Source: Yuukianura sp. NJ FZ-2021 (lineage: Eukaryota). Taken from it: a DNA stretch of 64,000 nucleotides. Shown piece after piece: positions 12,685 to 25,900 of this stretch (within the stretch, counting starts at the first letter, position 1; every line of letters starts with the position of its first letter). The notes beneath the pieces are model-generated. The model saw nothing but the letters and a program-made list of their open reading frames with translations. It searched no databases and had not been told where the DNA came from. The DNA lies in contig CM102289.1 in NCBI GenBank assembly GCA_046563655.1, positions 7,192,001 through 7,256,000 on the forward strand, written 5' to 3'. A program made the translations under genes and the position numbers.

Positions 12685-15055
12685 ATGGCGCTCAAAATTG
12701 GTCTGATTCTTATTGCATGCATTATGTGCTCGGCAGGCGAAATTTCTCCGTTGGTGAAACTTCCGCAAGGTATGCTGCGTGGAAAATTTGAAACTTCTAG
12801 AAATGGAACCATGTACGAGTCTTACTTGGGGATACCGTATGGCGTTGTTCCGAAACGATTTGGAGTAAGAGAAACAAAATTCAAAAAAAAAATTGAACAA
12901 ATTTTGAGAAAAAAAAAATCATATGAGTTGGAATCTGTTTCTTAAAAGATTTCGGAACCGTTTACATCGTATTATCCTGATGGAATGAGAGATGCCATTG
13001 AATATGGAGCACACTGCGCACAACCGAGCTTAGCCGACGGGAATGTCGTTGTTGGAGAGGAAGATTGTCTGTTCTTAAACATTTACACAAAAAATGTTAG
13101 ATATAACAAGAGTAATACATGTTTTTTTTTTTTCAAAAGTTCAACTTGTTTTGCCTTCAATTTTGAATTTTAGGCTACGAGTGACAAATTGAGACCCGTT
13201 CTATTTTACATCCATGGAGGGGGATGTACGTATGGTACTGGAGCCATATTTGGTGCAAAATACTTGATAGATGAAGACGTTGTTCTCGTTACAGTAAACT
13301 ACAGACTTGGAATTCTGGGTAACCAATGTTAAAATATATTGAAAATTTTTCAAAGAATATTTTGGAAAGGTTCAACATCAAATTTTTATTTTTTGCTCAA
13401 ATAGGATTTTTAAACATGGACGAAGAAGGTGCCTCTGGAAACATGGGATTGAAAGATCAGTTACTTGCACTCAAATGGGTGAATGAAAACATTCATCTGT
13501 TTGGTGGAGATAACGACAAAGTGACTATCAGTGGAGCTTCAGCAGGCGGCGCTTCTACGGTTTACTTGATGTTGTCACCAGAAGCTAAAGGTTTTTCTTA
13601 AAAACCGCTCCCAAATTTTTTTTTGAAACTTTTTTTTTACATTTTACATTTTTTGGTAAAGGTTTGTTTCACAACGCCATTCCGTTCAGCGGAGTCCCGG
13701 TGAATCCTTGGGCATTCGCCGAAAGTACCAAAGCAAATGCTCAAGAAGTTGGCAAAAAAGTAGGCTGTGATGAAAACGGTGACTTGGTGGAATGTCTTAA
13801 AAATAAACCCGTTCAAGAACTTTTAGCGGCCCAAGAAACTCTGAAGGTGAATTTTGAATTTGAAAAATGTTACCGAAATTTTGAACATTTAAAACCACAA
13901 TTTTGCGTAACAGAAATGGTTTATGCATTCAATTGATCCGTTCACGCCGACCATCGAAGTTAAATCTGATTTCAATCCGGCGCCATTCATGGAAATTTCT
14001 CCAGCGACTGCAATTTTTACACAAAAGTTTTCTCCCGTGCCAGTCCTAATAACAATGAACAAAGATGAAGGAATTGTGCTCTTTGCTGGTGGTAAATTTA
14101 AAAAATGCATTTCCAAAGCTTTAAGTCAAGTTCACTTAAAAATTTATGTATTATATTTCAGTTGTTCTTGATAATGAAAACCTGAGGAAAGACTTAGATG
14201 AAAATTTTGAAAGAGTGGCGCCAATTACGTTTTGTTATGAAAATGACGAAATTTTAACGTCCACACCACAAAGGCTGGCAGACGCTACGCAGCAAATTCG
14301 CGAATTTTACTTTGGAGATGCTGAAATTAATTCTGCGGTGACTCAAAATCTTGCGGATTTGTACAGTGACACTTTGTTTGGCAACGGAATTCACCGAACA
14401 GCACTCGCACTTGCGCGGAAATCAACGGTATACGCTGGTCTCTTCACTCACGTCAGCAAAACATTTAGCACCAATTTCATTTTTGGAATGAAAGAAATCT
14501 TAGGTGAAACTAAATTTTCCCAAATTCCAAAGTTTTCAAACTTTATTTTACCTTATTTTAAACGTATTCATTTATAGTATTAATTTTATGTTTCAGGTAT
14601 TGGACATGGAGACGAAGCATCCTACATCTTCAATCCAGCAGCTGAAAATGCTCCACTTCCAATAATTTTTCAGATTGAAACCGAAGAAGACATTCAATTC
14701 TCGAAGGACATCACAAAAATTGTGACTCATTTTATGGAATTCTCGTGAGAACGACAAGCAAAACTAAAATTAAGTTAACCTCAGGTTGCATATAGTTGAG
14801 CACAACAATTTCTGTAAACATTGGATCTTTAGAATGCTTGATTGTAAACTTTCTATTTGCAGCGTCCCAGATCCAGAAATAGTTCCAGACTGGAAGCCAA
14901 TCTCTCCACAAGAAACTGGACGAAACTCCTTGAACTGGTTTCCACTTGAAAATGGCTTCAAGTCCAAAGTGCTTGAAAATCCGTTCGAGGCCAGACTTTC
15001 ATTTTGGAACAGACTGTACAACAATAGAAAAAACGATGTAAAAGAAGAGCTTTGA
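12685..15055 (+). CDS. Type B carboxylesterase with signal peptide and C-terminal KEEL
   Basis: YLGIPY, EDCLFLNIY, YIHGGG, NYRLG, GNMGLKDQ, GASAG nucleophile elbow, NKDEG, GHGDE; ends ...DVKEEL*. Confidence 0.93.
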
Positions 15056-16086
15056 TTAAATGCAACTAGCTTCTGACAACTTTTGAGCGCCAACTTCCAT
15101 ATATTCAACTTACAATTTTTCATAAATTCGTGTCAATTTTTTTTATAAACTAAGATTTATCAAAAACTAAGCAAAAACTATTTCAAATAAGCCCACAAAG
15201 CTATCTTTGTTACTTGGAAGTCAACAGAATTTTTCTTTGATCCAAAAGCCTTTCGGCTTAAATTTTTTTCACAACCAGAAAATCTGGTTTGAACGCAAAA
15301 GAAACTTTTGTAGCAAATGGATCTGACCTTTGCGTTTACGCACGAGGCTCCTGATAACAAAAGTTGCTTACAAAAAGTTGTTTAAAAGTCTATGTATATG
15401 GCTATAACAATGCAGTTTATTCCTCTTTTCCCTCTTGGAATCTTTTGTTGATAATCATGCTAAATCTGACGGGGAAATTTCCTTCAAGCACTTTAGAATT
15501 GTAACAAATTGTTGTCAACTGAGATTAAAAGTTACGACGTTGGAACTTATTTTTCAAATTCATCACAAGTCGTGGGCAGTTAGTTTCGACGAGGAGTCGG
15601 ATAAGTTAACAGTTATCTTCCACAAAGTTCTTAAACATTTTCATTCACGTTTGAAGTGTGTGTCACCACAAAACCACTACTTACTTACTTCTAAGAGTGT
15701 GGAATCCCGTCCACAACCACATAAGTATTTTGTACTAATCGACTTTTTAGTAAAGGAGACATGTGTTAATGTTTTCCAAGTGTTTTTTAATTAATCCGAC
15801 CCAGATATTTAAGTTACCTGCAGTCTCCAACTTAGATTTCAACTTTGAAAACACTGTACTTGGTAATACAACGCAATTAAAAAGTTTAACATTTCCAAAT
15901 TACCTTTTGGATCAGACGCAGATTAATGTTTCTGGAGAATCATTTGCAAAAGTGGCAACTCATCTTGCCAATTGTCACTAACTTGTCAAATTTTTGCAAA
16001 TTTATGGTGTTTCCACAAAGAATTTTTCACATTAGCTGAAGCAAATACCACAAAATTTTTTAAAAAGATAGTGAAAGTGTTTTGAA

Positions 16087-17836
16087 ATGAGCACGATGCT
16101 CCACCCTCCTAAGCCGCTTGGATCTAGTCGTAGAAGATACGGAACTTTTGAAGTTGATGTAGAGAATCTCCTATTAAGGGTATCGAAAAAAATTTGCAAA
16201 ATTGAAAAATTTGCAAAGTTGAAAAAATTGCGAATTTGATTTTTCTTATTTTGAATTTGTGTTTTAGGACGCAAATTGTCCCGTTTCAAACGCTACTTTC
16301 ATTCCTATGGTAACCGATACAATATCAGCGGAGTATTGCCAACAATTTTTGTTTTGAAAACATGAAATTTGAGTATTTGTTTTGTTTTTTGCAAGCCAAA
16401 TGATGATTCTGGGTACTCCACAAAAGAAAAAATTCGGGCAGTCTCGCCGCTTCCGCGCAGACGCAGACTAATGTCAATGGAAAACACGAGCTTGACGGAA
16501 GTGATCACCGTCTACGAAAAATTGAAAAAAGGGCGCGAAAACAGGGTTTACCGCCAGTCCACTTTTCCAAATTCTCCAGTTCCGCGTAGAATAGATGCTG
16601 AATTTAGTGAAGCCGAAGAAACTATTCCGATTGTGCCGTCGTTTCATGTTCAGTCCGAGAGTGTTTCTCAACTTCATGTTTTGGATTTCAATAAATTTAA
16701 CAAAGGATTCAAGCACAGCAAGTACCTGTATTTTTCCAGTAAAGCCAATCTACTCCAAGCGGACTTTATTGAACAGTTGTCACCGGGACCTGATTTTACG
16801 GAACTGCTGCAAGAGAAGAACTACTGGCTAAACATTTTTGATCCAAATGACCAAGACTTTGGCATGTTGTTCAACTGTTTTGGTGTCCACGATCTTACGA
16901 TTAGCGACATTCGAGAGGGAAACACTGAGGAAAAAATGGAACCCTACAAGCACTATACGTTCTTCTCACTCAGATTGGAAAATTTTCAAGTTTTGCAAGG
17001 CGGTGACAAGCGGGAAAATGAAGACGTTGACTTCAACATTTTGTTATTCAAAGACTTCATTATCACCGTCCACGACAAGTACGTTAACCTATAACCTCAT
17101 GCATGACTTCGTTTTTCATAAGTTTCAGATTTCGAAAACGTTTTTGACAGTTTTCAAAATTTTTTTTTTTAGAAAATGGCCCAGTATTACCGACATTCTG
17201 GGATTTGTGAATCTCCTCTCCGCACATTCCACGGTGCTCACTCCTGATTGGGTCCTTTTTTCATGCTTCATTGAACTGAGTCAAGATGCCAAATACGTTC
17301 TAGATCTAATTGAACCCGAAATAAACCAAATTCGGATTGGAAGCAAATCTGCTGACATGTCAGACATCATGCGTCAAAATTTCGCCATGGAACTCCGTCT
17401 CTACTCCATTTCCCGTTTCATCAAGCCCAAAATGCGCATCCTCAGACAGCTCCGTGTCAAATGTTCAAAACGCGTTTCCAAAATTGTTCTGCGTCTTCTG
17501 GGTGACATTCTGGATGAATTCAGAGAACAAACGCAGGATCTGAACCACTTCAACCACATTCTAGAGAGATCTCAAGATACTTTTTTAGCAGTTGTGACCT
17601 CCGACCAGTCACGGGAAGCCAACGAAATGAGTCTGGTGATGAAGAGGATTAGTGAGATTGCGTTGGTGTTTCTGCCAGTGCAGGCGATTGGAAGTTTCTT
17701 TGGAATGAACGTCACTGTTCCTTGGCAAACGGATCAGTACCCATCTCAGATGTACTTTTGGATAATCTGTGCCATTTGTCTTCTCATTGGACTCGCCATG
17801 TACCTTCTAAGAACCCAAATTCTTAAAGTTCACTAA
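16087..17836 (+). CDS. CorA-family Mg2+ transporter of fungal ALR1/MNR2-like type
   Basis: YWLNIFDP..FGVHDLTISDIREGNTEEKME, two C-terminal TM helices with FFGMNVTVPW (GMN signature). Four exons; predicted ATG at 16087. Confidence 0.85.
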
Positions 17837-18497
17837 ATTCAAATTAAAAGTTTCAGAGGATTTCACGTAAATCTTTTACATTAAAGCTTAAATGATTTTT
17901 TTTTATCCAAATCGAAGTCTTCTTCGTACCAATTTCTGTGTCTCTTCGCAGTAAAGGTCATACCACTCCGTCATTTCCCGCTCGAATGCTTTTAACTTAT
18001 GCTCATCAGTTTTGTTGTGAAGCTGTGAAATTTGAAGAGCAAGCTTAGTTATGCGCATGTAAAGTTTAATGACCGAAGAGATTAAAAGTTAAAAGCGAGG
18101 TCAGTGGCCCGTCAAATTAATTTGCAATCCAGAATTCCACACGAGGCAAAACGCAGTTTGGACTCAGAAATCCGTGCTTTCCGCCTTCAAATCCACGTTA
18201 TGACGCAGACATGATTCTTGCGTTGAAAAACTTTGACGTCGATGTTACTATTTTAAGCAATGTTAATCTTCAGTTGACCTTTGACCTTTCAATAACAAAC
18301 TGCAGTCCAAATTGCACTGCCGACTCACTTGAGGTCACACGGAGGAGTGAATTCAAAGGAACAAAAATACTGCAGGAGAAAATTGGAAACACGCTTTGGA
18401 AAGAAGTGAAAAATATTTGCAGTTTTGAAATACATTTGCGAAAATTAACAGCAAACAGGGTTTTATTTAGCTTTTCAGTTTTACTTAAATAAAAAAG

Positions 18498-20519
18498 TCA
18501 GAGATTGCGTTGAAAATCTTTGAGCTCCACTAATGTAACTTCCCTTGCGCTTTTAGCAAGCATTCTAAGCGAGTAATGAACTTGAAAAATGTCAATCGCT
18601 TCTTGCAAATTTGCAAGAGCCGTTTTGAGCCGTGTCTGCAGCAGTCGTCTTGAACACTTTTCATTGACTAAACACTGTCGTACGGTGAGTACTTGGGCTG
18701 CTTGGAGTTCATATAAAATATTTCCACGAGCAACGCTTTGTCCAGGACACAAAATGTCCAGCACTTTCATGACTGAGACACAAAGTTCCAACTTTCGTGT
18801 AACTTGACCTGGAGAGAGTTCTTCAAGGTTGAATCCTTCATCATGTCCATAAGCCTAAAAAATTTAAAGCATTTTTTCAAAAATAACTTTAGGAAAATGT
18901 CAAATTTTACTTGAAAGTTACCAAGCACAAGTCGAATTTGATTTTGAACGGTATGAAATGATTTTGATGAAAAACTTGAGAACACTTTTTAAGAAATTCT
19001 TCACGACTGGCAACAGTTTGGTCCATAACTTTCCTGAGCTGCTTGTATTCGGTACAAATCGAATCTACTTCTTCATGTGTCATTCTAAAATCATGAAAAA
19101 ATTTGAAATTTTTGACAAGAGATTTTGAATCAGATTGATTTTGAGATTAAACACTCTGGCAATTTGCTTATTTTTTGAAAATATTTGCTTACATGTTTGA
19201 GCATTTTGAGCAGGACCAATCTTTGTCGCCCGTGTCATTCTGGGCGATCTCTTGCGTGACAAATCCCGTTTTGCAGTTGGTGCAAATCAAACTACTGAAA
19301 TGGGTTCCAAGTTCAGTTGGATCTTGACACCTTTTGCAGTTGCAAGTAAAGTATTTTGACTTTTGAATTTCATGCTGCCTCCATCGCGTTCCCTAAAGTT
19401 AAACAAAGTGTAAATGTTAATATTTGTTGTGTTTTTGAAAAAAGTAGGCGTAGTGACCTCAAGAGAGGCAGCATAACACAACGTCAGCGGAGTGTTCACC
19501 GGTAGGTCCACAATGGCACTCACTTCCAACATTTTGTCATCAATGTTTTCACTTTGCGAGCAATTCGGAATACAGTCATGCGTAATCATGGATGATTTTA
19601 GAAAAACTCCTTCAAAACTCCATCCGTCTCCCATTTCAAAACCATTGACTTCCAGAATGCCACAAACCTTTAAGGAAATTGAATTTGAATTTGGGATTTA
19701 AACTTGCCCTGTGTTTTTGCTTACTTCAAAAATTTCTTCCGGCGTGAAAAGTGGAGCTAAATTCCAAGTATTCCGGATCAAATTAACCAACTTTTTGTTT
19801 TCTTTCCATACTGGAAGGCGTTTCCTTTCTTCAGTATGACTTTGCAATTTCAGAAACTGACTCCATGTTTCTGGCGCTTCCAGTTTAAGTCTGAGACTGC
19901 GCAGTACCGTTATAACTCCAAAGTCTGCTTTGGCGTCTTCTGGAATCTGTTGAGTTTTCAAAATTTTGATCATACATTAAGCTTTTTCAAAATCTTTAGT
20001 GCCTTGTCATAAAATTTTAAAAACTACCTTGATATTTCTGCTACTAAGGAAGCTGCATTCTCCTGGAGTATGAAATGGGGAACTGGTGCTGCAATTCTGT
20101 CCACAGACGTTCCATCCACAACCTTTGCAATTATGAATTGGCAAAGTTTCAGAGTGACATCCAATACAAACGACTGCAGTTGTATTTAAAGTAGGTCCTG
20201 CCACAAGCCACGGTTCTTTTAATACCACTTCTCCTTTCTTGATTTCCCGTTTTGTAACAAAATGTCTAAAAAAATCGTGTTTTCATTTTAAAAACTAATA
20301 GTTCAAAAAGCTGTTTATGTGGTTGTCCCTTACCTTCCGAAAATTGGCGAAGTGCGACATTCGAGCTCTTCGGTTTCAAAAATATCCAAGTCCTAAACCA
20401 AAACACATCTATTTGAAATAATTTAAATAATACATAATTACGATCGGTTTAATTATTATTGGCATGTCCTGCTGTTAGTTTGATACCTTGGCTTGCCTCT
20501 TAGTTCTTCTTCGGCCCAT
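18498..20519 (-). CDS. SET and MYND domain protein (SMYD/msta-like)
   Basis: GRHFVTKREIKKGEVVLKEP, Cys-rich MYND segment (CIGC...CKGC..VCGQNC...H..EC), THDCIPNC, LCY, and post-SET KYFTCNCKRC. Confidence 0.85.
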
Positions 20520-21306
20520 TGTTCCAAGTTAGTTTTTGAATAAAACGTTTTGTAGTAATTTAAATTAAAACAGAAGTAAATCAGCAGTTTTGCTTCTAAA
20601 GCGAAAAATTCTACTCAAGATCTGTTCTAAAAATAAATTTTTCTCTTCATAACTTGCGTGTGGTGCAGGAACTTTCAAAATAGTGGGCACAGCTTGTTGT
20701 GATCTTTGTAAAAAAAAACGATAGCTTAATTTTCATAATTTGGTTCATTTTGTAATATGAAATACCAAAGTAAGTTATGTTTGTTAACTGTAGGCTAGAA
20801 ACAATGTAGCAATTTTTTTTTATACCAGTTTTCCGTACATTCACATGAAATTTTTTTTTGTTCATAAATATCCCAGTGCTAAAATTTTTGTGTGAAGTAA
20901 TTTTATCAAAAAGTGTGATAAATTACAGATAAGTACTGTGCCTTTCACGGTACTTGTCACCCACGATTTTGTATGGAATGATCATCATGTGAATTACTAC
21001 ACAGGCGCGACGCCTAGAAAGTAATTTAGAGTTTCTGTGCTTTCCAAAAGATTTTTATTGGTTTTAGTTACTAACAGTCAGATATCACATTTGCAAACTT
21101 TTTTAACCGTACTGCTTGGCGCTGTGCTTCAACTTAAGTCGTTTTTACGTTACTTGTGAAATATTCTGCAACTACTTATGGCCGAATTCAGAAACTATAT
21201 TGATCTAGTATTTCATTTGCAACATTTTGAACATTCGCGCTAAAAATTACTAATGAATTCCTGAAACTGAATCGTTGTGGTCAAAAGTCTCCGCGCTGTA
21301 TCTGAA

Positions 21307-22150
21307 ATGGCAGAATGGGAAAAGAAAATAACTGGCAAACATATCCTGATCGGGGAGCTTGTGAGTTCAAGCTTTGTTCAAATTTTGTACATTTCGAGCA
21401 TGCATTTGGGAATCTGAACTTAAGATATTGATTTTGTTGCAGATTGGTCTAATCATTTGTGCAAGTTGTCTCGGAACTTATGGGTATCTAATAATTTTTG
21501 ACCCCAATTGTGGCATATCGAATTCAACATTTTCTGATGTCATCTACGTTACTGGCATGGGTAAGCAGTAAAATAAGTTTTAACAAACTTTTAAAAACAT
21601 AATGTAGTTGTGGTCGTGCTCGTGATCAATGCAGTTGAATGGTTTCAGTGGTGAGCGGCATTTTTATGGGAATACTTTACCTTTTTCTTTGGAATGCAAT
21701 TAAAAAGGCAAGCCATACTTTTAAAATTTTAGTAATTTATTTAAAATAGAAAATAATTGTGAACATTTTTTTTTCAAATTTCAGAATTCTCCCGCTAATT
21801 TATACGTTTGGCATTTGGTCCGCGGTGTATCGGCATTACTTGCAATCATAGCATCCGGTTTCATGTTGACAAATACAAACTACGTAGCATTTGTCCTCAC
21901 TACAATTGTCTACGTGTACCTAGTTTTTTCTATGATTGTTGTCTACCGATACTCAAAAGTTCACATGATTCGTCCTACATTTGTTATTGAATGATCTCAA
22001 TTTTCGTAATTGTTAACTTTAATAACTTATTACATATAGTTTCTCAACTAAATTTTAGAATACCCAAAACCCAATGATTTGTCCCGAAAAATGGTCGCTG
22101 TGGAATAAAAGTTTCCCATCATATGTATTTCTTGTGTTTTTTTTTCTAGT
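21307..22150 (+). CDS. Small multi-pass (about 4 TM) membrane protein of unknown function
   Basis: ATG 21307; hydrophobic exons (IGLIICASCLGTYGYLIIF; NSPANLYVWHLVRGVSALLAIIASGFML..FVLTTIVYVYLVFSMIVVY). One junction requires a GC-AG intron near 21709. The 3' end is uncertain. Confidence 0.5.
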
Positions 22151-22999
22151 TAACTAGCACCTCAGTTCTATTGCTATCAAAAATATTATTTATATTGTTA
22201 AATTCTCATGTTTTGGTTTTAAAAATTCAACTTTGAATTTGTGCATGAAACTTTTCCGTTTTGAGAAAAGTAGAGAAGCGGTGAGGATCCGATTTTGCGT
22301 AAACTTGAAAAAAATCATACGGTTTCAAAGGGGAGTTGCACCGTATGGTAAAAGTAACACGGGAGTTTTAAAAGATTTTAAGCCGGGACACTCCCAAAAA
22401 TACACACAACATAACTTGTACTGCTAAAGCGTTAGTAAAGTTAAATCTAATTTGACTAGTCATTGTTATTGTCAAACTGAGTTTCTTCTACAAAAACCAG
22501 TTTTAAGTGCTACCCAATTAAAATTTTCACAAAACACCAACTACCTTGTGAGAACTGAAATGAATTTAGGGAAAAGTAAAAGTGAAATTTGCATTTCAAA
22601 TGCAATTAGTGCGAAGACGTATCTAACCACAATGGAACATTGATGACGTCCAACTTTGTAATTTTTTTAGTCACACATTATAACGTTGTAAGTTTCTGTA
22701 AGCTTAAGTGTTAAATTACTACACTGAGAATTTCGCATAAGGCATATTGTAAAGAATTTTTCTCATGAACTCTCTCCTGTCTGAAACTTTTAGTTGTAAT
22801 TGTTAATCTTTTGTAGTTATCAAAAGTGATTGTTAAATCCAAGTAGACAGGAAATTTTTGTCATCAGTTCAGATAACTCTGTGATCAACAATTCAAGAGA
22901 GGATTAAAGTGTACACAAGAAGGCGCAGTTTCAGTATTTGTGAAAAGTGGATTATCGAGTGTTATTGTTTGGTGTTGCAATTTGAAGTGACTGAAATCA

Positions 23000-25900
23000 A
23001 TGAGTGGCGAAGATGAAAAATTTGTGGGTGCTCTGGATGTTGGGACGACAAAAGTCAAATGTTTCATTTTCGATCGAAATCTTAGAATTCGAGGAGAATC
23101 TGCTGTAGAGGTAAAAAATTTACAACTATGTTAACAAAATATAAAATTTCATTTGTAGAAATTTCTCTAAACTTGCTAAATTTTTAGGTCAAATTGGAGT
23201 ATGTCCAACCAGGCTGGATTGAAATTGACCCGGATGTTTTGTGGGGTCAAGTCAACTTTGTTATTGAATCAGCAGTGAAAAGTAGGTTTTTAAAACCAAA
23301 CGATACCGTATGTGGTGTTCAAGTACATCGCACTTATACATCTCCTCTCAAACTATCCATCTCCTCTCAAACTATTTCAGTCAGAGGTGATCTAACAGTT
23401 TTATCAGTGAAAATCCATTGTTCCGCCGTTCTCAACAATTACTTGATTACCATTAATCGAACCACTCTCAATTGGATCAGCTGTTTTACTCTACATAAGT
23501 AAGTTTACATAGTAAATGCAGACTCGAAGGTCTCTTTCCATATGTTGTATTGAGGTCAAAAAGATACTGGCACCCCGTTCTGGTATCTATATAGGACTTA
23601 CTGAACGGACGACTACTCATGACCTCAACTGACGTCCCGAACACTCGCGGAAAGAAGCGGAAATCGAAAGACGAAGAATCTCCTTCTACGAAATCGTTGA
23701 AAATGAACGAATTTGATGGAGCCTCCATATTAGCAGCGATGAACAAAATGAATGAAAACATTGCTTCAATCAACAACAGATTGGCAACGAATCACGCTGA
23801 AATCACACTACAATTTCAGTCATTGAACGCGGAGGTCACAGCTATCAAAAACAGAATTCTTGCTGCCGAAGATTCACAGAAATCGCTTTGTTCCCAAGTA
23901 CAATCACATGATACCGAATTGGAGAAACTGCAAATAGCACTTAACAAGAGCAACCTAATCGTCCATGGACTCCAGTATATCCACAATGAGACTACTGACT
24001 CTCTCAAAGCCGAACTTGAAAAAATCTTTGTTCTTGCTCTTCCACTGATCGGTCTTCCACTAATTGATGATAATTATCGCCTAGGTCGCTCTAATCCTCA
24101 GAATCCACCTAAACCGATCAAAATCATCTTTAAGTCTCTTGAAGCCAGAAATGTGATCTGGAAAAACCGAAATTTGATTAAAAACCTATCTCCGCAAATC
24201 AACATAACCCAGGATCTACCGCTTCAGACCAGAAAGAAGATTGCAGCCCGCCGACAATATCCGAATCCAAATACGAACGAACCATCGCAAAATTCACAAC
24301 CTTCTCATTCCCAAGTATCAATGCCACGCAGCAACCAACCAACTTCTCAATTTGCTCGCAGCAGCCTCACTCCAAGGTCTCCCATTCGCACTCCACAATC
24401 TAACCATACACCGTCCTGACTAAGAAATAATTGTAAATCACAAAATCAACTGAAAATTGCTGCTCTGAACGTATGTGGTTTTAATTCAAAATGCGACTCA
24501 ATAAAATTGCTTCTAGACATGTACAACATTGATGTTCTTTGCATCTCCGAAACTCACCTAAACGTCAAACATCCTCCACGCATCGTTGAAGGCTACGACT
24601 TCATCCATTGTGACCGATTATGGCAATCAAAGGGTGGAGTAGGAATTCTTATTCGTTCTAACTTAAAGTTTAGTGAAAAAATCCTTGTCCTACCATTCAA
24701 CAGAAACTTTGAAGTGGCTTGTGCTGTGATCCAATCAAATTTTCACAAATCGATTATTGTTTGTAGTGCATATCGAATCCCCGACTACAGTGCAGAGTCC
24801 ATTACGACTGATCTCAATTCAATTTCAGAACTGCTTAATGATCTCAGTGCTTCAAACAAAAACTGTTTTGTCTTAGGGGACTTTAATCTAAATCAGAAGT
24901 ACATCCCCAGATCGTCTCAGAAACTGTTGAAACAAACAATGTCCATCTTTGAGCAGTTAGTGAATGTTCCTACTCGTGGTGACTCAGTACTTGATTTAGT
25001 ATTCACAAATAATCCGAAGATCGTACTGAATCTTAATGTAGCCGACCCATGCATCTCGGACCATCACATGACGGAAATCTCGATCAACATCTCTAAGCCC
25101 AAGTTCACGAAGCAGACAAAAACCTACATCGATTACAAAGGATTTGACTTTGTAGAATTTGGATTAAAGAACGTTTTCACCACCTTCGACAATATGTCGA
25201 TCAACTTAAATGACCAAGTTCTACTATTTATGCAAAAACTGAAGGCGAACTTTAAAGAAACTGTTAAAATCAAAAAATTCAAATTCTATCCTCACAAATG
25301 TGTGCTAGCAATTTCAGACTACACAAAAAGTGCAATTTATGAACGTGACCAATTGCTCAAAATCAAAACCAAATCACTTAGTCAAGTCTCTCAACGCAAA
25401 GCTCTAAAAAAGAAAATCAAATTCTTAGTGTTGTGTGACAGAAAAAACTCTTTAAATGCTGACATTGAAAAATTTGGACCATTTAAAGCAATTGACAAAA
25501 TCAGAGCAAAAAAAGTGAAAACGTCTCATCAAATTCCGTTAAGTGCAAACGAAATCAACCATTATTACACTACAATTACCACTCCTCAAAGTGTTAGCAG
25601 TCAGTATCCACTACAACCATCTTCAATTGTTACACCGTCGGAGCGCTTCATCCTTGAAGAAATTGATATTTTGACTTTTGACAAAGTCTGGAAAAGTGTA
25701 AAAAACAAAAACTCTAAAAGTGCAGATCGCTTTGATATTTCCAACTGGATTCTTACTCATAGTGTCGGTGCCCCGAATATTAAAAACCAACTCGTGAATC
25801 TGATAAACAAAAGCCTCTCTTCCGGTACTTTTCCATCTTCGCTCAAGCACTCCACTGTGATTCCACTTGCAAAAATCGAAAATCCATCTCACCCTTCCGA

